Virus record (IMG/VR): IMGVR_UViG_3300024325_000008
Coordinates: 1-35,423 of that record
DNA length: 35,423 bases
Direction: 5' to 3' (one strand)
DNA from: a virus
Taxonomy: Duplodnaviria > Caudoviricetes
Position 1 is the first letter of the stretch. Each line of letters begins with the position of its first letter. A program made the translations under genes and the position numbers. The notes under the pieces were generated by a model, which was not told where the DNA came from, did not search any database, and was given only the letters and a program-made list of their open reading frames with translations. Positions 17,136 through 24,760 of the stretch are shown piece by piece.

Positions 17136-19113
17136 TTAACCCCACACTCTGCACGCGAGACGTGCCTGAAGAGTGGCCGCGCCGATCAGAATGTCCATGC
17201 GATTCGGATTCTGGTCGGTGCCAATCTGATACTGCTCGACATACCGGATCGAGATGCCGAGTGTTTTGTCCTGCACCGCATAGCTATTCGCGCCAGCGCC
17301 AGGCTTCTTCAAGTCAGCCATGACGAAGGCGAAGGCGTCAGGGTGATACACGAAGGACTGCCGCGAAGTCGTCGCCACGAGCGTGCCAGCCGTCTTCGAT
17401 GATGCACCGAGCACCGTGATGCCAGCACCAGAGGCGGGCGAAGCGTCTACGGTCTGCAACTGGCCAGAGGTGATGATGCTGGGAGAAATCGGAAGCGCCG
17501 TCATGTTGCCCGAGCTATCCGAAGTCGTTGCGGTCACCACGAACTGCTGAAGGCGTCCATTGCTCGCATTGGACAGCGGGTTCACGCTGTTGACGCCATC
17601 GAGCACGATGATGTCACCTTTGTTCAGCGTGGTGGAACCAGAAGCCCATGCCTGCGTGTTCAGCGTCGAGCCCGTCTGATTCGCGCCGTTGACGGTCGGT
17701 GTCGCCGTGCTCGTCCACGATCCAGTGGTGTGCGTCGGCGTGACAGGATCCTGATACCACTCGCTGATCCCGAGGTTCATCCCCGAGAACTGACCCTCTT
17801 TCCAAATCTGACTCACGACACCCTGCGGGTTGAAGTTCGTCGTTGTGGTATTGGAGATGGTCTGCATGGCCAGCGGATCGAGACAGGCCACGCGCCCCTT
17901 GAGCGGAGTCGCGAGATCCGTCAGTTTCGTGCCCGCCTGCAGATAGGTCAGCGTGGCGTTGGGCGTCGTGCCTGGCGTGCCGACCGATGAGTAGATGTCG
18001 CGATACACCGCCTGGAAAGCCAAGACTTCCGATGCACTCGCGAGCGCTTCTGCGGCTGGTTTGGTATACCGCTCGCGAATTAACTGAATTTCCGTCGTCG
18101 CCTGAGCGCTCGAGTAGGACGTGGCGACGTTCTTCTGATTCGTCAGCGTGATCGGAACTGTCTGATCGAAGATGTTCTGAACCTGCAGCGCCTGTCCATC
18201 TGTGACAGTGAAGCGCTGTGGCAGACGGGCATTGACGGTGTTTCCGACCACCGCACCGGCCTGCATATACTGGTCGTCATCGAGTAGTGTTCAACAGTGG
18301 TCGCTATCCACTGCCCGCCCTTTCGGGCTGCTGCATGTTTCCATGCAGACCAGACTATATCTTCGTCAGTGCACGAGCACTGATGGGGTGCGCTTCGAGT
18401 CGCTTGACTCTACGGACGTTTCGGTCCTAGTCGTTGCACCTTGCTGGTGAGGACAGATACCGCCATTCATGCGCTTGCCGAAATTGCAGTTCATGCAAAG
18501 CACTTGATGACCTTCAGGGAAGCTGTTTTTCAACAGCCAACGATAAGTCTGCCAGCCAGTCGCGAGCCGAGAACCGAGCGTCTGCCTTCTCCAGTCAGCC
18601 CCATCGTTGTTGATGTGGTCGATAGACAAGAATCTAGGCTCAGTCTCGCCGCAACAGGCACAGACATACCCGCCATATGCCCCAAATACTGCGTCCTTGA
18701 TCCGCTGCTTTTTGGCTTTAACAGCATCGGCCCACGCCTTGTCGCGTGCGTCGGTGCGAAACGTGCGATTCCATTCAGCGGTTTTGTCGCAGTAGCACTG
18801 CTTGCACCAAGAGGAGAAACCGACAGGGCCGGCCTTTCCGCTCTTACGCGGACGCCGATCAGGATGGACATAAAACGCTGTCGTCTCCTTCTCGGTTCCG
18901 CATTTAGTGCAAGTCTTTGTCATTATCCAGCCTTGGCTCAGGATTGCCGGCGGCAACATTACCGTGACGGGTTTCCCTGAGTTCACACCCTTTAACGAAC
19001 GCTTGACTTATAGTTTACGTTCGGTTGACGTTCGACAGGAACGTCAGATCGTTCAGATACCCACGAGCGGTATCTTTTGTGACCCAAGATGGGGTCGCAA
19101 GTGTATTCGGCAT
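17136..19113 (-). CDS. Major capsid protein (P22 coat-like), spliced: exon 1 19113-19017, exon 2 18280-17136; 413 aa
   Basis: Joining ACG T|AT GAC GAC gives MPNTLATPSWVTKDTARGYLNDLTFLSNVNRT-YDDQYMQAGAVVGNTVNARLP, the typical N-terminus of this coat family. C-terminal YHPDAFAFVMADL..PG and RMDILIG...LACR motifs. Confidence 0.93.
18281..19016 (-). ncRNA. Group I self-splicing intron (IA2-like), 736 nt
   Basis: Exon ends in U and intron ends in G. P1 CGAACGU/GCGUUCG (IGS 18996-19002) with U.G wobble; P10 GUCA/UGAC; P3 GGGUGUG/CGCACCC; P4 CUCAGG/CCUGAG; P6a GCUGG/CCAGC; P7 GACUA/UAGUC with AAGAUAUAGUC; P7.1, P7.2, P8 (18366-18383); P9 and P9.1 with GAAA loops; P9.2. Confidence 0.95.
18366..18923 (-). 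CDS. Intron-encoded HNH homing endonuclease (185 aa)
   Basis: KTCTKC..CKQC zinc finger, then CACCGE...LSIDHINNDG...QVLCMNCNFGK; ATG lies in the P6a loop. Confidence 0.88.
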   Translation of the reverse strand: MTKTCTKCGTEKETTAFYVHPDRRPRKSGKAGPVGFSSWCKQCYCDKTAEWNRTFRTDARDKAWADAVKAKKQRIKDAVFGAYGGYVCACCGETEPRFLSIDHINNDGADWRRQTLGSRLATGWQTYRWLLKNSFPEGHQVLCMNCNFGKRMNGGICPHQQGATTRTETSVESSDSKRTPSVLVH

Positions 19114-19126
19114 TCGGTCACTCGCA

Positions 19127-20074
19127 TTAGCGCACCCCTCGCTTACCTTCGGCTTTGTTTTCCCTCACATAGAACGAGGAAAACGGTTCATCATCGCCGG
19201 GTTCAGGAGCGGTTGCTACGGGCGAAGTCCCGAGTGGCTGAATCGGGGGTTTCGCGGAACTCACGACGGGCGGTTTACGCTGAGCCACAGGGGCAGCAGT
19301 AGACCGCGCAGACAGTTTGCCGACGATTTCCCCGATTCGTCCAATCTGATCGATTGGGTGCAGGCTGAGGAGTGCCTGAGCTTCCGAGATATTCTGCGAG
19401 AGATATTCCGCGATTTCCGGCCCTTGTTTGTGATTCTGCAAGAAGGGCCAGACACGTTGATCGATCGGGGTCTGACTGAGCCGCTGATCAATGTCCGGCA
19501 CACGCTGGCGGATCTCTGCGAGCTTCCCGCCCCATGTCTGCCCGATGCTCGCCTGATGCTGCTGGGCAGCGACGGCTTCCGACTGGCGCCTGAACTCTTG
19601 CCGTGCTTCCCATGCCGCTGAGGCTCTGACCCAGGTGCTATACGGATCTGGATTGGGTTGGCCATCCGGCAGCTTCATGAAGTCGTTCAGCGTGGGTTCG
19701 CGGTCCTCCGGAGGTGCCGCCTGTGGGGTTGGTCGCTGTGGCGGCTGTGGCCGTTGGACCTGTTCCCTCTGAGTCCGAAGTGCGGCGAGTTCAGCCTGAG
19801 CGGCTTCCAGTTCTCGCTTCGCTTCATGTTTCTGAGCGGCGAGTGCATCAATCTCCTGCTGGAAGGTGAGTTTGCGACCTTCCTTGGTGCGCTTGTCAAC
19901 TTTGGGAGGTTCGACTTTGGCGGCTGGAGCCGGTTCGCCTTCTGGTTCAGGTGTGGGTTCTGGTTCTGGATCTGGTGATTCGCCGCGCTCGAGCGCATTC
20001 TCACGCGCAACGAAGTCGCTCAGCGACTCTTCGACTTCAGCAGCGGGCGAGTCAACAATCGGTTCGTCGGCCAT
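19127..20074 (-). CDS. Capsid scaffolding protein
   Basis: Acidic Pro/Glu N-terminus, coiled coil, GPEIAEYL..N, SSAKPPIQPL, basic C-terminus; directly upstream of the coat gene. Confidence 0.85.
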   Translation of the reverse strand: MADEPIVDSPAAEVEESLSDFVARENALERGESPDPEPEPTPEPEGEPAPAAKVEPPKVDKRTKEGRKLTFQQEIDALAAQKHEAKRELEAAQAELAALRTQREQVQRPQPPQRPTPQAAPPEDREPTLNDFMKLPDGQPNPDPYSTWVRASAAWEARQEFRRQSEAVAAQQHQASIGQTWGGKLAEIRQRVPDIDQRLSQTPIDQRVWPFLQNHKQGPEIAEYLSQNISEAQALLSLHPIDQIGRIGEIVGKLSARSTAAPVAQRKPPVVSSAKPPIQPLGTSPVATAPEPGDDEPFSSFYVRENKAEGKRGVR

Positions 20075-20196
20075 TAGAACCCAACCATTGCGCGTGCGAG
20101 AAAGAGTCTATCTAACTCTCGCAGACATTCTTGCTTGACCTGTTCAGTGACATGCCGCACAACGCCATCTGGCCATGAGAGATACGTATTGGCCAC

Positions 20197-20409
20197 TTAC
20201 CGGCCCTTCTTGGGATGCAAATAGCCGCCAAGGTTCTTGTGAGGATGCTGCGAAGCGATGTGCGCCGGCTTGCCCTTCATGGAACCAGCCGCGAAGTCAT
20301 GCATCTGCGAATGCGTCATGGAACTGCGGATCTTCTGAGCCATCGGGAACTGAGCGCCATGTTCGGCAGCGGCCATTAATCGCTGTTGCGCTCGCGATTT
20401 GGCTGGCAT
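20197..20409 (-). CDS. Small basic phage protein (MPAKSRAQQRLM type)
   Basis: GGAGG RBS; MP.KS.AQ.R.M motif common in head modules. Confidence 0.7.
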   Translation of the reverse strand: MPAKSRAQQRLMAAAEHGAQFPMAQKIRSSMTHSQMHDFAAGSMKGKPAHIASQHPHKNLGGYLHPKKGR

Positions 20410-20609
20410 TAGTCCTCCCACCACTTTGAACGGCGCGTGCGCTGATAAGCCAAAAACGCTTCAAGCGAAGGATTGAATAGACCAGTGACTGTGATTTTTA
20501 GGCCAGTCTGACCAGCACCAACAGCCAACGGAGAACTCGGCGGAACGCCACAATCGCCAAACTGGTAGCCTTTCGGCAACGGTTCGCGACGTTCTTGGTG
20601 ACTTGGCAT
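20409..20609 (-). CDS. Hypothetical protein
   Basis: TAATG coupling to the next gene. Confidence 0.45.
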   Translation of the reverse strand: MPSHQERREPLPKGYQFGDCGVPPSSPLAVGAGQTGLKITVTGLFNPSLEAFLAYQRTRRSKWWED

Positions 20610-20626
20610 GTTAATTCGTTGGGATA

Positions 20627-20932
20627 TTACACCTGAGTTGATGATCCGTCAAATAATTCGGATTTATCGCACCACGATTCGCGTCGGATGCCATCTACGG
20701 TCGCATCGGTAATGCAGACTCTAGAGTTTCCACAGGCTACATTCGGATCCGGCTTGCCTAACTGAGCATAGAGTATACGAGCCCGCTCACAGTCACATCC
20801 GGCGTTCCCATTAGTCCACCAAAAGGCTTCCGGATCGTCTGGATCGTCAGCTCTTGCCGAATCCATCTTATATTCATGCCAAGCTGCCAGTCCGGTCTTG
20901 GTATCGAACAGATGGATTCTTACAGTGACCAT
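20627..20932 (-). CDS. Hypothetical phage protein (WW.GN..CDC.R motif)
   Basis: FWWTNGNAGCDCERAR; start inferred after the upstream stop. Confidence 0.6.
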   Translation of the reverse strand: MVTVRIHLFDTKTGLAAWHEYKMDSARADDPDDPEAFWWTNGNAGCDCERARILYAQLGKPDPNVACGNSRVCITDATVDGIRRESWCDKSELFDGSSTQV

Positions 20933-20936
20933 TCGC

Positions 20937-21146
20937 TCAATCACGTTCTGGCCAATGCCAAGTGCTTTCCCCACAGTCGGCATCATGCAAGATACTGAAG
21001 GCACGAAACATCGAATCCGAGTCAAAGACGGTCAAGTCCACCACGACACCTGATTCAACTTTCGTGACCAGCGCCGCCAAATGCTCTGTGGACCCATTCG
21101 GCACATAATGCACGATCCGACCGACACTGACTTTCTGATCGCTCAT
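20937..21146 (-). CDS. Small conserved phage protein (SVGRIVHY...WHWP)
   Basis: Recognisable motif; ATGA overlap with the portal stop. Confidence 0.75.
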   Translation of the reverse strand: MSDQKVSVGRIVHYVPNGSTEHLAALVTKVESGVVVDLTVFDSDSMFRAFSILHDADCGESTWHWPERD

Positions 21147-23515
21147 TGACCGGCTCCTGCTGGTTCTGGCTGTGGGGCTTGTGCCGCCTCTAGCATCGAT
21201 TGAGACGCATCATTGGCTGCGCCCTGTTGTGCCTGTGCAACCGCTTGTGCATGCGCTTGGTCACCTTGCGCCAGTGCGGCTTGATGGTCACCAGAGGCCA
21301 TTGCTGCTTCATGGCCACGGTCTAGCGCGGCTTGCTGGTTGTCATTCCCCTGAATACCCAATCTGGCTCGTTCTTCAAGGAACAGCGAGAGTCGATCGAC
21401 CTTGGCGCCGAGTTCCGCAACCGCCAGTTTCGTTTCATTGTTCTCGCGGTTCCGCTGGGTATCGGCCATCTCCTGCATGGCTGTGACTTTGAGTTTGCCG
21501 GCCTGCTCAACTTGCTTTGTCTGGATGATCTGTCCAGCCGATTGAAGCTGCTGTTTGAGTTGCTGATTCTCTGCCTGCAGTTTCGCCGCCGCCGATGCGG
21601 CATCTTGCTGGTTCTGATTCGCAAGCCACGGCATCGTGTGATTACGGTTTTTTTCAAGCAAGTCCGCGACTGGTTCAGCCCACGGCTCGCCACGCTGCCG
21701 GAAGTATTCCGGCCCGATCACTTGCATCAATTGCGGATCCGCCTGGAGGATGATGGACATCTCTCCGACCGCTTCATCGCGCTTATCCTTATAGGACTTG
21801 CCAATCGTCACTTCGATGCCATAGCGGCCTTTGGTGAGGTCGTAGTGCTTGGCTCCGGTCTGTGGATTGGAGAGCAGTGCATCGGCTCGTGCCTTCTCTT
21901 CGTCAGTCTCATAGGGGAGCGCTTGCGGTCTGCCGTTTGGCCCCATCACGAACGGATGATTGAGCATCACCCACGACGACACGCCTTTGTCATCCAGAAT
22001 CTTCGCGATGCGCTGCGGACGATCATAAATCTTCGGGATCAGATCGAGGATGATCATTGCCTCATACGTCATCGTGATCGAGGCGAAGTTATCGATATAA
22101 GGACTGTTCGCACTGATCGTCTGGCCTTGCAACGCTTCAATAGCTTTGCCTGATCGATGTGCAGGGGTCTGCTCACCACGCGCCGGCCCGTAGGTCGCCA
22201 TCGCCGTCGCCACAAAGTCCTTGCCCATCGTCAGCAATTGCATCGATGGACCGAGGCGGCTCATGTCCACTTGATTGCGCTGTGGTGGAGGCGCGGGCCG
22301 ACCGGAGATGTCTGTCGGCTTGTATTCCAGATAAGGGAAATCCCTGGTATTGGCCATCCCCCATTCTGGATGTCCCTCAAACACACCTTCCACACCAATG
22401 AATGGGGCTCGAGGCTCGAGCGCGGCCATCCTGACGGCATTCGTGGCCGCGTAGTTGGTCAGGCGGATGGCGCCCTTGGCGTTCCCGATCATACCGAGCC
22501 AAGATCGGGTTCCATTCGTGACTTGGAGTTCACGTCCGATCGCGCTGGGGAACGGGATGTATTGGCCGTCCCATTCCACTTCTGGTTCCAGAACTTCCAA
22601 GTAGTTGATGACGCGCCTGAACACATGCCGTTCGTTGACCGTGACCGTCCTCGCATCATCGCCAGTCTTCTTCGTGCGGCCTTCTGGCATATCTTCATCA
22701 TCGAAGGCCATCGAATGATCATCGAGGAGAGATTTCGTGCGCTCGTTCGTCTCGACGCGCCATTCTTCACAGACGGTCACACAGCGATTTTCTTTCGTGC
22801 CTTTGCTCAGCCACTTGTTCGTATCGCTCAGTTCAGAATCGAATGTCTCATCCGTGAATTTGCCGACACGCGACTTCGGATACTTCTTCTTGTAGGCGGC
22901 GAAGGACATCGGCACAGCGATTTGCAACCGCGTCCCGTCTGACCAATCCGGCTGCTGGGCATAGGGATCGCGCTTCACCGTGGACTGATCCAAGATGCGC
23001 TCGATCATCAACTTCTGATCGAGGTCATGCCCACCATATTGGTCGAAGACTTTGTTGATGCGATACGATCCGCGCCCACACCAGAGTGCTCGTTCATAGG
23101 CCCACCCGCGACCTATGTCCGCTCGAGAATCGCGTTCAATGTTCCGATAGAGCCCTTGCAGAATCTGTGCAGTTTCGTCGCTCGCATCATCGCTGATGGG
23201 ATGAATTCGGACGGCCATGTGCGCCTGTCTGAACTGCGCTACTTGGAGCAGGATCGGTTCATCGGCTGAGGCGACCGAGAGCATGGGCCGAGCTGGAACC
23301 GGAACGCTTGAAGGATTCTGCTGAGAGTTCGCTGGGATCGCGGCAAACTGCCCTTTGACTTCGGATGGCCAGGCGCCTTCGGCATGCTGGAATTGCAGCG
23401 CTTCTTGCTCTTGCTGGTCTTGATCGTGTTCGGTGTCACAGACGAAGTGATACCAGTCGATAGAGGCTTGGATCGAGTCATCGGCTTCAACGTCGTCGCC
23501 ATTGTCATCGATCAC
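21143..23515 (-). CDS. Portal protein (P22 gp1-like, with C-terminal helical barrel)
   Basis: 790 aa; RPML, ETAQILQGL.RNIE..S.A, SGKAIEALQ, LIPKIYDRPQRIAKI, YDLTKGRYGIEVTIGKSY..KRDEA; Gln-rich coiled C-terminus. Confidence 0.93.
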   Translation of the reverse strand: MIDDNGDDVEADDSIQASIDWYHFVCDTEHDQDQQEQEALQFQHAEGAWPSEVKGQFAAIPANSQQNPSSVPVPARPMLSVASADEPILLQVAQFRQAHMAVRIHPISDDASDETAQILQGLYRNIERDSRADIGRGWAYERALWCGRGSYRINKVFDQYGGHDLDQKLMIERILDQSTVKRDPYAQQPDWSDGTRLQIAVPMSFAAYKKKYPKSRVGKFTDETFDSELSDTNKWLSKGTKENRCVTVCEEWRVETNERTKSLLDDHSMAFDDEDMPEGRTKKTGDDARTVTVNERHVFRRVINYLEVLEPEVEWDGQYIPFPSAIGRELQVTNGTRSWLGMIGNAKGAIRLTNYAATNAVRMAALEPRAPFIGVEGVFEGHPEWGMANTRDFPYLEYKPTDISGRPAPPPQRNQVDMSRLGPSMQLLTMGKDFVATAMATYGPARGEQTPAHRSGKAIEALQGQTISANSPYIDNFASITMTYEAMIILDLIPKIYDRPQRIAKILDDKGVSSWVMLNHPFVMGPNGRPQALPYETDEEKARADALLSNPQTGAKHYDLTKGRYGIEVTIGKSYKDKRDEAVGEMSIILQADPQLMQVIGPEYFRQRGEPWAEPVADLLEKNRNHTMPWLANQNQQDAASAAAKLQAENQQLKQQLQSAGQIIQTKQVEQAGKLKVTAMQEMADTQRNRENNETKLAVAELGAKVDRLSLFLEERARLGIQGNDNQQAALDRGHEAAMASGDHQAALAQGDQAHAQAVAQAQQGAANDASQSMLEAAQAPQPEPAGAGQ

Positions 23516-23778
23516 TTGGCCAGTTCCTTCGCATAAAAGTCCATCATCTTCGCATGCGGAACGACATCAAGCCCCCATGACGGATCGAGATGATTCGGAT
23601 CTTCACGGTCAGCCTGAGCACGCCAGTCTGAGGCTTCCTGCAGGTATGCGCGAGCGATTTCTGGATTCCCAGGCACCGTCATGAGTGTGGCGCCTTGTGC
23701 GGCTTTGCGGGGAATGTTCTGCTGGTAGGCGAGGTGGGCCGTGCGTGACGAGGCGAGATAATCCGCGATGGCGCTCAT
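23512..23778 (-). CDS. Hypothetical protein
   Basis: ATGA and GTGA overlaps at both ends. Confidence 0.6.
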   Translation of the reverse strand: MSAIADYLASSRTAHLAYQQNIPRKAAQGATLMTVPGNPEIARAYLQEASDWRAQADREDPNHLDPSWGLDVVPHAKMMDFYAKELAK

Positions 23779-24026
23779 TTGCCTTGAAACAGCCAACGGA
23801 GGCGATCCATGAAAGTTCGTGCGCCCCACGCATCAAACGCGGACTGGTGCATCTGTAGTTGTTTCGACTGCTCATCAAGGCGCATGGACATATCGGCCAT
23901 GAACTCGCCTTGCGCCTTCACCTTGGCGGCATGTTCACCGAGAATGCTGGCCGTCGTCTCCTGAAACTTTGCGCGCGAAATCTCCTGCCAACGGAATCCG
24001 CCGTTTGACGTAGGCTGATGTCTCAT
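23775..24026 (-). CDS. Hypothetical coiled-coil protein (ends RLRWLF.G)
   Basis: ATGA overlaps at both ends. Confidence 0.6.
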   Translation of the reverse strand: MRHQPTSNGGFRWQEISRAKFQETTASILGEHAAKVKAQGEFMADMSMRLDEQSKQLQMHQSAFDAWGARTFMDRLRWLFQGK

Positions 24027-24424
24027 GCCCATGTTCTCAACGGAGTGATCAGGCGACTATCGATGAAACGTCCGGCCTTCTTTCCAGTCGTATTCTGATA
24101 TGGCCCTTCAATGATGATCTGAGGCCACAGTTTCTCTGCAGTCACCGTCTCGCCGTGAACGTCCGCAGTCACCGTGAACCATTGCAGATTCCCGGTCGGC
24201 TGATACGTTCTTGGGTTGATGGCATATCGGCCTTCAATCGTAAAGACATCACCTTTCGATAGCGATGTGTAGATCGGTTCAATCTTCGGAGGCGGCGGAA
24301 TGAAGATGGTTCTCTCGCCTGGTTTCCAGAGCAGACGTTCCACATCGATTGCGCCTGTGGCTGCTGCGGCAGCGGCTACTGTTCCGAAGCCGAGGCAACT
24401 AAGGAATGTGCGCCTATCCAGCAT
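24023..24424 (-). CDS. Twin-arginine-signal protein fused to a coat-protein insertion-domain fragment
   Basis: MLDRRTFL plus hydrophobic stretch; residues about 53-111 align with coat residues TTLNKGD...SGQLQTV. Confidence 0.8.
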   Translation of the reverse strand: MLDRRTFLSCLGFGTVAAAAAATGAIDVERLLWKPGERTIFIPPPPKIEPIYTSLSKGDVFTIEGRYAINPRTYQPTGNLQWFTVTADVHGETVTAEKLWPQIIIEGPYQNTTGKKAGRFIDSRLITPLRTWA

Positions 24425-24450
24425 GGTGTCTCATTTAAGGATTGCCGCAC

Positions 24451-24459
24451 AATATAGCA
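24451..24459 (-). promoter_or_regulatory. Candidate extended -10 promoter (TGcTATATT) upstream of the Tat-signal gene
   Basis: AT-rich 65-nt gap in an otherwise overlapping operon. Confidence 0.45.
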
Positions 24460-24489
24460 CATTCATTACCTCTTTGGCGTCATGATGTC

Positions 24490-24750
24490 CTAGATAGGAA
24501 GGCGCAGATCCGGTGTCCCATCAGAGAACTCATAGCGGTCAGTCGAGATGTTATAGCGCGAGACTTCTTGCATCGAACCCTCAAGTGTGGCCGTCTGGAG
24601 TTCCGTGAGCACTTCCAATTTCGCATCAATCTCACGGATGTAGCTGGCGGCATCCTGCACGGCGTGAAAATCGTTCGCCTTCACTTTACTCAATAGATAG
24701 GCGATGAGCCCTGTTTTCTGTTCCTGTAGTTCCTGTCGCGTCATGATCAT
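24490..24750 (-). CDS. Hypothetical protein
   Basis: AGGAG RBS; helical YLLSKVKANDFHAVQDAASYIREIDAK. Confidence 0.7.
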   Translation of the reverse strand: MIMTRQELQEQKTGLIAYLLSKVKANDFHAVQDAASYIREIDAKLEVLTELQTATLEGSMQEVSRYNISTDRYEFSDGTPDLRLPI

Positions 24751-24760
24751 TTTCTCCTAT

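Noticed and set aside
17136-18266. Coat protein starting at MQAGAVV
   Set aside because: It lacks the conserved N-terminus, which exon 1 supplies.
18924-18986. Upstream GTG extension of the intron ORF in the track
   Set aside because: It overlaps the P3-P6 ribozyme elements; ATG 18923 (MTKTC) is the plausible start.
21172-23269. Long plus-strand ORFs opposite the portal (and similar ones elsewhere)
   Set aside because: Antisense shadows of GC-rich coding sequence with no motifs or RBS.
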